Part shown: one piece after another, positions 11,901 to 21,415 of the stretch | Numbering within the stretch: position 1 is the stretch's first letter | Layout: the number at the start of each line of letters is the position of its first letter | Assembly: GCA_946965045.2 (NCBI GenBank) | Contig: OX337230.1 | Span: forward strand, 3,472,001 to 3,536,000 | Source of the DNA: Epithemia pelagica | Taxonomy: Eukaryota; Protista; Bacillariophyta | Reading direction: 5' to 3' | Length of the DNA stretch: 64,000 nt | The notes under the pieces: model-generated | Told to the model about the DNA's origin: nothing | The model's input: only the letters and a program-made list of their open reading frames with translations | The model's database searches: none | Position numbers and translations under genes: made by a program

Positions 11901-14900
11901 ATGTCCCGAGATATGACAACCCCAAACACTCTTGTTACGATGAGGGTTCCATGTCGTCAATGTGGTGTAGAGGTTGTTTGCAAAAAAGTAAACCATTGCC
12001 CCGCATCCATGGTTCCATTTCTCTTCGAGGGATCTTGTTCCAACTCCGCCAAATCATGTACCTTGTCAATGAAAACTTTCTTTTGTTGCAGTATATGTAC
12101 TGAGACAAGCGGATCCTTTCGAAGGGGGAAAGGCTATATAACGCAATGGAAATACATCGAACGTCACCATCAATCAACGATGCATCAGTCCAAATTGAAA
12201 CTAAATCGCAACAAAGAAAAACGAAATGAAATTTCCATCGACACTTACGATTCATTCCTTCCTAATGATGACGAATCCGTGGAAAACGAATGTTCTGAGG
12301 GCAGGATCAAAGACAAGAATCATGACACCACCGATGACGCTCGACTTGGAAATTTATCGTTGGAAGAATTGTCCCTTCTTGGGTTCCACGAAGAATCTTG
12401 CACTCCAAAATATCTGTATTATGAATCAATGCAGAAAGGCATGGGTGCAAGATACCTTACGGGGAAAGCTTTTGGTGTGAACCCCACCTCTGTCACCAAA
12501 GAGGAAGCAAAGTTCTGTTTACAACTTTCGTCGTTGCTTATCCATCTTACGGACCATCAAAAACGAATGTTGGCGGACATTCTGACAACGGCTGGAAATA
12601 ATGGACATCCATCCATGTCTATTTTCCGAAATATTCGCTTGCCATCTACCATTGAAGATTTTGAGAGGTTCTTTATCACGGGTAAGGATTCGTTCTTCCG
12701 GAATCTACCACATCCTGTTCCACAATCGACGGGGGACGGAAGCCATGCATATGTCTCTTTGTCAGATCTGCTTGCCAATGAGATTGGTAAAGCCACTAAA
12801 TATGACGACTTCGAATTCCATACAAAACTTCAGCTACTCGACACAGATCAAGTTCCAAGTGTATCGACAACACCAATTGCCAAAAAGTTGTTTATGAAGA
12901 TGAAACACTCGTCTACGTCCCTCAATGATCCTGGATCAAGTGATTCCTTCATTCTCTATTTATGGATAAGAGAATGGAGGGATGACTTCGATCCCAATAA
13001 TACAAAGGCATCTAGAAACCAAGTTTGGTGTAATACCTACACGGTTTCGCCACCCACATCTGGGAATTTCAACGGATCGCATACGTATTACATGGGGATT
13101 TCAAGTAAAGGGGATGATCATCGGCCCATTGAAGAAATATTGACGGCTGAAATCAAATTGTTGTCAGAACAAGGTATACGATTGTATCACGGTGGGATGA
13201 AACAAATCATTCGTGTAATGGTTGGCAAGCTTTTCATTTCCGTCGATAGACCCGAAAGGACAACGATGTTCCAGATCGGCGATCATAATGGATCGTATTC
13301 GTCGGTTTGGGGGTACGCGACATTGGTAGATGGTTCATGTCAAATCAACCGACTCCCATCTTGCGAGGTATGCCGCCAGAACAGAGTGAATCGTCTGAAA
13401 ACTGGCAATTATAGATCAACTACTACGATATCGGACGATCCAAGTACTATAGTGTGCCGAGATTGCTCCGATTGGTCCATTGAAGATCCCGCATTTGTAT
13501 TCTTAGCACCAAACGACTATCCAAGAATCTTTGATCCAAGTCCTGACGCACCGGAACCACCACCCAAAAGAGATTTATGGTTTCGCGTTGAGGAACATAC
13601 AAGTGCTGTCGTTGATGGGGACCCACCAGAAAACGATGCAGATGCCACCAATGGGTCCAGGAAACGTAGAAAGAGTCCCAAAAAGCCCCCGCCAAAAGTT
13701 TTCTTGCAAACAGTCAAGCTTACAGTGGATTGGCTGAAATCTGCGGTAATCTTTGCGTGTCACCAGATCAAGACACACCTGCCTGGAGGACGGCAAAACC
13801 AAATGTATTGGACTAAAGCAAACTTCGCTGCTTTTCTAAAAACTTGTGGGTGCACCAACAAGTTGATCGATACTCTGCACAAAGAAGCAGCAAATGACGA
13901 TTACCCAAGATCCAACATGCCAGTGACTTGGGGCGAAGTAGAATCCCTTGCAAAATGTCATTATGCACCCATGCATATGTTATTCCTGGGTCACAGCAAG
14001 AGCAATATAGAAATGATCTCGAAGTGGATTGGAAAATACAACAAGTTGGCGTTGTTTGGCAAAGAAGTGAATAAGTACCTGACAGCTATCCGATCAACAA
14101 GAGCAACGAAATTCTACTGCGCCCAACCGCTGTCCACCTCTTCATGGGGAACCGGAGTATGGGTTAGCGAGAATTACTTGTTGGGTGTCCGTATATGGAA
14201 ATTTCTGTTAGGTCTTCCAACAATTAACGAGAATCGACTTTTGTCCCTGCAAACATACAACGAAGAAAAGCTGTCTGTTGTAAGGTTCGCACATTCTATG
14301 ACACTATGTTTCTCTCGGATTATGACGAACCTAAAGTGGCAAGATGAGATGCATGAATACATCTTGTTATATATGGACCAAATGGTAAAGTTGGACATGA
14401 TTTTATTAAACTCGGATAGACAGAAGAAGAATCCAAATTTCGTAAAATCAAATTCTCTCGGCATACTCTCTGTCGCAAAGGCACACCAAGAGATGGGACC
14501 GGCGCTATTACATTGGGAAGGAGGATGGGAAGGCGAAAGGAAGATACAACAAGTAAAACCTCTACTTGGTATCAAAAGAAGTACAGCGGATTGGACTCGC
14601 ATCACGTTGCGTCGCTTGTACCAGTATGATACCTTGCAATGGATGCACACAACCATGGAAGAAGGAGATGACGGAGAATGTATGAGAGCCAAGCGTGGAA
14701 GAGACTCATTGATCAAGATCTACAATTCAAGAAAAGATATGCTGGAAGATGTTGCGATCAATAATGTGTTAACTGCCATCCGATCTAACGACAACGGGCT
14801 GTATTTGGCCTTCCGCCCAATTGGAGAGTCGGAGGGAAATTCACGAATACAAGTGAAAATAATTCAAATTGAATTCGATGACAGAAATGGAAAATGGAAT

Positions 14901-15131
14901 CATAGTCGTTGTTGGACCTCGCCTATCAAGTTGGGTGGGAATTCGATTCTATTTGAGTCGATGTCACAGCTCAAGAAGGATAGAATTTTGGAGATCGTTT
15001 TGATGTTACCAGAACTCTGTCCAAATATGGGCAGGTTCATAAACCAATACTATTGTATTGGTAATCTTTGGACAGAACGCAATGAGGATGGAGAGTTTAG
15101 ATTGCCTATGTTGGATTCTGTGTTATTCTGA
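11901..15131 (+). CDS. EnSpm/CACTA-type DDE transposase
   Basis: Motifs EWRDDFDPNN...W, VDRPER, HYAPMHMLFLG and HWEGGWEGERKIQ.VK resemble the D-D-E core of CMC transposases; Cys/His-rich N-terminus; located between the TIRs. Confidence 0.75.
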   Translation: MSRDMTTPNTLVTMRVPCRQCGVEVVCKKVNHCPASMVPFLFEGSCSNSAKSCTLSMKTFFCCSICTETSGSFRRGKGYITQWKYIERHHQSTMHQSKLKLNRNKEKRNEISIDTYDSFLPNDDESVENECSEGRIKDKNHDTTDDARLGNLSLEELSLLGFHEESCTPKYLYYESMQKGMGARYLTGKAFGVNPTSVTKEEAKFCLQLSSLLIHLTDHQKRMLADILTTAGNNGHPSMSIFRNIRLPSTIEDFERFFITGKDSFFRNLPHPVPQSTGDGSHAYVSLSDLLANEIGKATKYDDFEFHTKLQLLDTDQVPSVSTTPIAKKLFMKMKHSSTSLNDPGSSDSFILYLWIREWRDDFDPNNTKASRNQVWCNTYTVSPPTSGNFNGSHTYYMGISSKGDDHRPIEEILTAEIKLLSEQGIRLYHGGMKQIIRVMVGKLFISVDRPERTTMFQIGDHNGSYSSVWGYATLVDGSCQINRLPSCEVCRQNRVNRLKTGNYRSTTTISDDPSTIVCRDCSDWSIEDPAFVFLAPNDYPRIFDPSPDAPEPPPKRDLWFRVEEHTSAVVDGDPPENDADATNGSRKRRKSPKKPPPKVFLQTVKLTVDWLKSAVIFACHQIKTHLPGGRQNQMYWTKANFAAFLKTCGCTNKLIDTLHKEAANDDYPRSNMPVTWGEVESLAKCHYAPMHMLFLGHSKSNIEMISKWIGKYNKLALFGKEVNKYLTAIRSTRATKFYCAQPLSTSSWGTGVWVSENYLLGVRIWKFLLGLPTINENRLLSLQTYNEEKLSVVRFAHSMTLCFSRIMTNLKWQDEMHEYILLYMDQMVKLDMILLNSDRQKKNPNFVKSNSLGILSVAKAHQEMGPALLHWEGGWEGERKIQQVKPLLGIKRSTADWTRITLRRLYQYDTLQWMHTTMEEGDDGECMRAKRGRDSLIKIYNSRKDMLEDVAINNVLTAIRSNDNGLYLAFRPIGESEGNSRIQVKIIQIEFDDRNGKWNHSRCWTSPIKLGGNSILFESMSQLKKDRILEIVLMLPELCPNMGRFINQYYCIGNLWTERNEDGEFRLPMLDSVLF

Positions 15132-15146
15132 TAATTGGGTAGAGTT

Positions 15147-16580
15147 CTATAAGTAAGATGAGAGTGTCCATGGATAGTTTACGACGTCGGATTGGATCGT
15201 CCATCCGTGTAGACGTCTCTTTGTTTTCATCTGTTTCTTGAGAAGACCAGCCTTTTCAATAGACCGAAGAATGTTCGTTGTAGTCCTAATCGTGGCCTTT
15301 TCGCAGCCAGCAACAGTGAGTGTGATCGATTGATGAAGATGGTTTGTAGTCAGCCATTGGTGGGTTATGTGATTGTCAACTAAATACCGGACCATGTGGT
15401 AGACACAGAGATAATGATATTCCATATGCGTAGAATGAATGAAAAGAGGTTGATGGGTCCATAAGATAACACAATGAAAAGTCTTCTCATTGACACAGGT
15501 CTTTGACCAAAGTGGTTCCGGAATTGATCGAATCTGGTCAGGTGGCGTGTCATTCAGTAAGGGGAGTAAGCGGTTTTGTGTGCCCATTCTTGTTCCCATA
15601 ATCCGTCGTGGAATGAAGATAATCAAACCAACACCCCAACTTTCTTCTTCCATTAGGGAGGGAAACTTAAGAAGACACTTTTCTCTTCGCATTGTGATAT
15701 CATGCAACATGGTTTCCAAAGCTTGGAAATACGGCAGTGGTTTGGAACAATTCAGTCCAGTGGTCACACCCCGTAAATCAAGTAGATCCTTTTTCTTGTC
15801 CAATATGAGGTCGTGATTTCGGCCAGTCAGGACAAGACCGCATTTACACCATTTACCCAACGTAACGAATGCAACTTGGTCTATGAATGATCGGGGTTTG
15901 CTCATTGTTAGTAACAGTCCTGAAGTTCGAGCGCCTGTTAAGATCTCATCCACAATAATTCGGAATCCATGGTGAGACGAAAGTAACCCGAGTTTGTGCA
16001 AGAATCGATCGCTTAAGATGCACCCATTCGATGCGAGTAATAATTCCAGGAATAGGACGGTGATTGGTTGTTGGATAGTAGTCTGGTATAGACATCGTAT
16101 ATGCAATTGTGAAAGGCATACATCTTCGTACGCATGTCGACGAGAATCCTCCATAGTTCCAGGTATTAGGTATGGTAAGGCAACCGTGCGTACCCGTGCT
16201 GAATGAGAGACTTCGGAAATGTCTGATGGATCATGGATGTAACCCGGACCATTATCGATATGGAATTTCGCCGTCGACCAATGTTGAAGAGGACCCAGAT
16301 CACCAGCAATGTAGCTCCCACAACCCACCAACACACCGTTCGTATCGCCATTACTTAAGCTGGTTATAGCAAAAAGATTGGCGTCTGATCCATTCGGGGT
16401 CAACTTTTCGAGAGAGAAGAACCCCTTTGTAGTTCGGTTGATTATGGATCTCAATTCGTCTTCGCATATTCTGTCGGTCGGAAGGAATGAATCAACAGAT
16501 GCTTTGCGTTTGGACGAACCCCGAGTCCGTTCGAGTATCACATACGATGATCCCCATTTGTTTGCAAAATCATCGACCAT
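15147..16580 (-). CDS. Class-III aminotransferase-like (PLP-dependent fold) protein carried by the transposon
   Basis: PNGSDANLFA, GSYIAG, LFLELLLASNG...FL..L..L...HGFRIIVDEILTGART and VTLGK align with the AAT-III consensus (SGSEAN, GxYHG, EPxQxxGG, DEVQTGxGRT, TxGK). Start taken at the ATG at 16580. Confidence 0.7.
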   Translation of the reverse strand: MVDDFANKWGSSYVILERTRGSSKRKASVDSFLPTDRICEDELRSIINRTTKGFFSLEKLTPNGSDANLFAITSLSNGDTNGVLVGCGSYIAGDLGPLQHWSTAKFHIDNGPGYIHDPSDISEVSHSARVRTVALPYLIPGTMEDSRRHAYEDVCLSQLHIRCLYQTTIQQPITVLFLELLLASNGCILSDRFLHKLGLLSSHHGFRIIVDEILTGARTSGLLLTMSKPRSFIDQVAFVTLGKWCKCGLVLTGRNHDLILDKKKDLLDLRGVTTGLNCSKPLPYFQALETMLHDITMRREKCLLKFPSLMEEESWGVGLIIFIPRRIMGTRMGTQNRLLPLLNDTPPDQIRSIPEPLWSKTCVNEKTFHCVILWTHQPLFIHSTHMEYHYLCVYHMVRYLVDNHITHQWLTTNHLHQSITLTVAGCEKATIRTTTNILRSIEKAGLLKKQMKTKRRLHGWTIQSDVVNYPWTLSSYL

Positions 16581-16623
16581 TTTCCAGAGCGAGAGAGAGA
16601 GGTGACGATGTGTGAGAGACATC

Positions 16624-16677
16624 ACACACACACACACACACACACATCACAGAGATGAGAGAGAGAGAGAGAGGGAG
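16624..16677. repeat. (CA)n/(GA)n microsatellite upstream of the aminotransferase-like ORF
   Basis: Directly visible; it gives the spurious MCVCVCV N-terminus of the ORF-track entry. Confidence 0.9.
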
Positions 16678-17209
16678 AGGTGGAGGGAGTTGTTGTGGTA
16701 ATCGGGGGCAGAAATCCGGATGTCCGGGGGGGGGGGACTTAGTTTGAGTCGTATTAATGGAATACATAGGAAATAACAGACAGTCATTGAAAGTTTATGG
16801 CGCCGGGCGAGTTTTGACATTTGTATCTATTTGGAATACTCTAGCTCGATATTATTGTCCAACACCGAATTATTGTTGTGTGAAATTCTAAGTATTTTTA
16901 AAAATCAAAAATACTTTAAATGGAATGATGGACGTTCAAAACTTTATAACGTTCGTTAGGTCGTGGCTACTAAGGTTCTTCTAAATGGGGTCGGTTGAGA
17001 TCAAAATTATATATATAAACATCAGTTATAGCTTCATTGTTTGTAAATGTATGAGTATCTGAAGATATGCAAATTCGAAATACATATATATGTGTTGGTA
17101 TTTTAAGAGCGTGCCTGTTTGTTGTGGACCGAATGTTTGTGGTTTTGTTAAGCACAGGGATACCCCCATTTTTTCTCACTCATTGTGTTTTTTGTGTGGT
17201 TTTGTCATC

Positions 17210-18355
17210 ATGATGTCGGATGACGACGACGACGAGGAGAGCTATGTTAATACAGTTTCTGTCAACGACGTTCCTTATTTCGACTGGGTATTGATGGACA
17301 ATATCCGAATCGGGTCTTTCGTGGCAATCCAGTCTCGTGAAGATAAGGATGAGCCAATTATCACTATTGCTCGGTTGGAAGAACGACAACAGGATGAAGA
17401 TGAGGACCCAGATATTGCCGCAACTACGATCAGATTGCGGTTGTTTATCCCACTTTTTGTTGGGAAGCGCCTCGATTGGTATCCGAAAAAACCCAAACAT
17501 AATCACCGTAAAATTGAAGAGGGTTGTGGATCCAAAAACACAGAACTGTATGAGACAACTGAGTGTGTGTGGATTGCTGGAGAAAAACCGGACGACAAGA
17601 TAAAGCTTCTATTTCCGGTTTTTGTTTTCACATTCGAGGAATTGCGGCGTAAGGAGAACAAGTGGGCGGAGGGAATGAGAAATGTCTTTTTCGTGAGGTA
17701 TTGGCACAATCGTATCTATTCCTACACTGCGCGAACTAAGCATCGTCTGGAAGATTTGCCATCGACTGCTTCCATGGGTTTCGTGAACAACAATCCAGCA
17801 TATAAACAGCCTTGCAATCTTATAATGCAACGGCGTTGTCTTCATCGTAACATTTGGATGGGATTATACAAGATTCGGAAGCACATTATCAAGGTCTGTG
17901 GTATGGATGATAACACGAATGGTGCTAAACAGGGAGGAGTGTCTTTGACAATCGGATACATTCCAATGGAATGTGTTCAGTACATCTATGTTTATGAAAG
18001 CTACGTGTGGTATCGTAAACTCCACGTCTCGTATCGAGCAGGTGTTATCAAATTTGGGAAAGAAGATTTGGCACATATCCGTACGCTTCTCGGAATATCA
18101 ACAGACAAGTATGATGGCTCATGTCTCTCGTTGGATAAAGATCAGAAAGTTCTTGGTGACAATTTGAATCAAAAGATTCTCAAGAGAGGTTATTGCCAAA
18201 CGAGTACTGAAGGAAAAGAGAATATAGAGGGTAAAATGAATGTGATTACAGGAATTGTGAACGAGAAACATAACAACGACGACGACGACAGCGATGACAA
18301 CAATGATGATGACGATGAGGCGACCAAGAGAATTAAACAAACAAAACTAAACTGA
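17210..18355 (+). CDS. BAH-domain-like protein carried by the transposon
   Basis: IGSFVAIQS...IARL...IRLRLF...ELYET...VFVFTFEEL...NVFFVRY matches the BAH pattern (GDxV, IARI, ELFxT/S, V, FFxRY); acidic termini. Start taken at the ATG at 17210. Confidence 0.55.
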   Translation: MMSDDDDDEESYVNTVSVNDVPYFDWVLMDNIRIGSFVAIQSREDKDEPIITIARLEERQQDEDEDPDIAATTIRLRLFIPLFVGKRLDWYPKKPKHNHRKIEEGCGSKNTELYETTECVWIAGEKPDDKIKLLFPVFVFTFEELRRKENKWAEGMRNVFFVRYWHNRIYSYTARTKHRLEDLPSTASMGFVNNNPAYKQPCNLIMQRRCLHRNIWMGLYKIRKHIIKVCGMDDNTNGAKQGGVSLTIGYIPMECVQYIYVYESYVWYRKLHVSYRAGVIKFGKEDLAHIRTLLGISTDKYDGSCLSLDKDQKVLGDNLNQKILKRGYCQTSTEGKENIEGKMNVITGIVNEKHNNDDDDSDDNNDDDDEATKRIKQTKLN

Positions 18356-18920
18356 CTTAGCATTATACGGTTAGTATAGACCGAATGAGCATTTAGTCGG
18401 TTAGTGAGACGGAATTAAAACCGAATGAGCATTTAGTCGGTTAGTGAGACGGAATAACTATTTACTCAGTTATCGATAAATCGATTAATTAATATTCGAT
18501 AAGTATAACCGACTAAAAATTTGGTAACGAAAGATTGGGGTTATTCAGTTATCTTGGACAAGAATAATAAATATTCGGTTACTAAATTTGGTAGTCGGTT
18601 GAGTTTCGATTTGCAGTGTAGTTTAAGTTATGAAGAATGGATTGGGAACGATTGGGCTGCAATACCGAGACGCGTGAGGAAGAAGTACCGCATCGTACCG
18701 CCCCCGGTCAAGAAGGGACCGACAGACGAACAAGGAAAGGTCATTGCACCCAAGAGTCTCCCAATGCAGGACAACGTCGGTTGGGCCGGTCATTCTATGA
18801 CCGGTCCCAACAGAACTTTGACGATTCATAAATCGTCGGAAAGAAGAAGTGAACGGGTCATCAAGGATCTGATCACCCATTGGTTCCGTACATCTTTTTC
18901 TTTCGCCCGCCCGCCCGCCC

Positions 18921-19143
18921 GGAGATGACTTGACTATACCCTTCGGGGAAATAGTCCAGGTCGCTTGTTGATTGTCTGCTTGCCTGGTGAAGATTGGGGA
19001 TCCTCTCTCTACGTTTGAAGGTTTGGGTGTGGCAACCTGGACCGACAAGCATCCATGTCTTGCGAAGATATTTCGGAGGCATGGCCTTACTTTGTGAGGA
19101 AATGGAGGGGGGTTCGTTGATTGGATCCACACTCGCACGTAAC
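18921..19143 (+). repeat. Split direct repeat B2 (probable 3' end of the YR retrotransposon)
   Basis: Second copy of 7635-7857. Confidence 0.95.
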
Positions 19144-19318
19144 TGCCAAAGAACAAACTTTCAACCAGTGTGACGCAGACTCATTCATTCCTTCATACAT
19201 CCTCTTTCATTTCCATATCTTTGTCGTCGTCGCTTGAAAAAATCTTTTTGCGAAACACCGAATTCAATTTAGAGCAACGAGCTCACAAACCAAACGACCC
19301 AAGAACCGACTTGAAAGC

Positions 19319-20791
19319 ATGTCTCAACAACAAGGACCTCCTCCAGCACAAATGTCGCGCTCGAGATCCTTTCAGCATCCTGCGCCATCACAACGACCTC
19401 CTCAAGCACGAATGCCGTCCTCTTTTGAGGATGGTGGACCGGCAAGAAGTCCAATTAGGTTTCAAGACGAAGAAATGAGAATGAAGAATAGTGCCCAACC
19501 CGCCCTTGTTGTGCCACAAGCCGACGGCAACGACAACGACGACGCCCCCGTGCACGATGTGGTGAATGAATGGGCACAAGGTACCAGTATGCACGGTGTG
19601 CCCTTTATTTCGGATTTCGAAACGTGGCAGCATTGGAAACGAGCCATGTGGTTAATTTTGGTCACTGGTGCGGGTTGTATCATGGTCTGGCAAATTTATT
19701 CTCTCATTACGGAATACAAGGAATTTGAAATCATTACGGAAACGGAAACCAAGGTTCCGCAATCCCTCGAGTTTCCTCAAATTACTGTCTGCAGTACCAA
19801 CTATTTCAACCAAACGGCACAAGAAGAATTCGGAATTATCGATCCAATGAATGAAGAAGAATTGAAGCGCATTTCCATGGTAGATTTGATTTTCTTATCG
19901 AGTTTCAATGACGTGGACATGGAGGATGTGCGCCAAAATTGGACCGAAACTATTACGGACGATGGATTGTGCTACACCTTTCAGACAGACGAAAAGGTGT
20001 ATCGGCCGGGCAAGTTTGGTGGTTTGGTGTTTTGGGCCGATTTGTATCAAGAAGACTTTGAAAATTCAACAGAAACGGCCGGAATCTTTGTCTACGTGGA
20101 ACAAAAGGGGAGTCGGATTCACGACCAATTGCCCTTTTATTACATTTCGCCCGGTCGTGAAGCGGTCTTGTCGATTGATGTGACGGAATTCAATCGCGAA
20201 AAGAAAGCGCCGTGGGCCCGATGTACCTTGTCGGCACCCAATTACACGCAGCCCCTGTGTTATTCCGATTGCATCAATCAAAAGCTTCGAGATGATTGTC
20301 AATGCAAGCTCTATGGCGACTCGCAAGGCCCTGCGGACCTTCGGTATTGTCAATCGATTGAAAAAGAGGAAGATGCCGAGTGTACCTTTAATGTGTGGGA
20401 CAATGAAGAAGCCATTTTTGCCAATTGCAGTTCGTCCTGTGAATTACCCCCCTGTGCCGAAACTACCTACAGCGTGTCCTTGACCGATGTCGATTATGCC
20501 GAAAACTATTACAACTTTGTCGAAGAGGAATACGGTCTTCCTCGTCAAGTCTTTGCCACCAACTATGTAACGGTGCGCATCAACTTTGGAGCCATGAAAA
20601 AGCAAGAATTGTCCGAAAGCAAGGCAGTCACCTTTTCGCAACTCTTGGGTTCGATTGGTGGATCCATGGGTCTCTTTTTGGGTATTTCGGCCATTTCCGT
20701 CTTTGAAATTTTTGGAGACTTGTTGTGGTTGCGTCTCCTTCCCCGCTTTTGTGGATACCGTCGATTGCATGGAGTGGGATCCCGTTCCTAA
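19319..20791 (+). CDS. DEG/ENaC (ASIC-like) channel subunit, copy 1, intact, intronless
   Basis: W..GTSMHG pre-TM1 motif, TM1, FPQITVCSTN, Cys-rich thumb (C, CxxxC, CxC, C, C, CxxxCxxxxC) and TM2 QLLGSIGGSMGLFLGISAISVFEI. Confidence 0.9.
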   Translation: MSQQQGPPPAQMSRSRSFQHPAPSQRPPQARMPSSFEDGGPARSPIRFQDEEMRMKNSAQPALVVPQADGNDNDDAPVHDVVNEWAQGTSMHGVPFISDFETWQHWKRAMWLILVTGAGCIMVWQIYSLITEYKEFEIITETETKVPQSLEFPQITVCSTNYFNQTAQEEFGIIDPMNEEELKRISMVDLIFLSSFNDVDMEDVRQNWTETITDDGLCYTFQTDEKVYRPGKFGGLVFWADLYQEDFENSTETAGIFVYVEQKGSRIHDQLPFYYISPGREAVLSIDVTEFNREKKAPWARCTLSAPNYTQPLCYSDCINQKLRDDCQCKLYGDSQGPADLRYCQSIEKEEDAECTFNVWDNEEAIFANCSSSCELPPCAETTYSVSLTDVDYAENYYNFVEEEYGLPRQVFATNYVTVRINFGAMKKQELSESKAVTFSQLLGSIGGSMGLFLGISAISVFEIFGDLLWLRLLPRFCGYRRLHGVGSRS

Positions 20792-21415
20792 GTATATGTA
20801 TAGTAGGAGTACCCACAGAGAAGCGGTTGGAACTTCAAGCTAGTACGAAGTGAAGATTCCAAACCAGAACTGCTGAGGCAGCAGTGTTTGGTCCACAAAA
20901 TGTTGGTGCGTAATAGGAGTTAGTATTAATTTATCAGTAGAGAGAATGAATGAAGAACGACTCTTTTCTGTAGAGGATCAGGAAGTACGGATTATGAGCA
21001 ACTTTGAATCCTTCAAACTCGTCTTGCACTCGCTGGGTGACAAGAAACGCCTGACCGACATGATTGTTCGGATGGTTGGCATCGACAACGATTCCATCCA
21101 TAATCTTTTTCGAGTCGCTTGGTGTGACGATTGACGATTGACGATCCATGTTTTTCGTGGGAAAAGTTCACCCGACGCTACTGGAACATGGCGGATTTAA
21201 TTCTTCCTTTTTTCTCTACAAGATCCTGTACTACTATAGAATCCTGCGAGCACGCACATATTGTATGGCCTATGTCTATCAACGGTCGAAATCCAAATCT
21301 TGGCTCTATTGTATTGTACTAGTATGGCACTTTTTCTTCCAAAAAATGTGTCCGGTGCAAGTTTTGATCGTAAACAATATCTTGGGTCTCAAGAAAAGAA
21401 CAAGCCCTCTTCACC

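Larger units (their letters stand above)
7984..18618. mobile_element. EnSpm/CACTA (CMC)-type DNA transposon, 10,635 bp, multi-gene
   Basis: TIR CACTGCAA (7984-7991) / TTGCAGTG (18611-18618), flanked by TA on both sides (7982-7983, 18619-18620). Many subterminal AACCGACT/AGTCGGTT-like motifs occur at both ends, with a 36-bp duplication at 18380-18415/18420-18455. It contains an intact 1076-aa transposase-like ORF. Confidence 0.85.
1..19143 (+). mobile_element. Tyrosine-recombinase retrotransposon (DIRS/PAT-like, split direct repeats), decayed; 5' end lies outside the window; interrupted by a CACTA-type insertion at 7984-18618
   Basis: gag-like ORF, pol with RT (YVDD), RNase H and a DIRS-type MT motif, and an overlapping YR ORF. 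A 223-bp direct repeat occurs at 7635-7857 and 18921-19143, as in the B1...A2-B2 layout. Confidence 0.85.
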
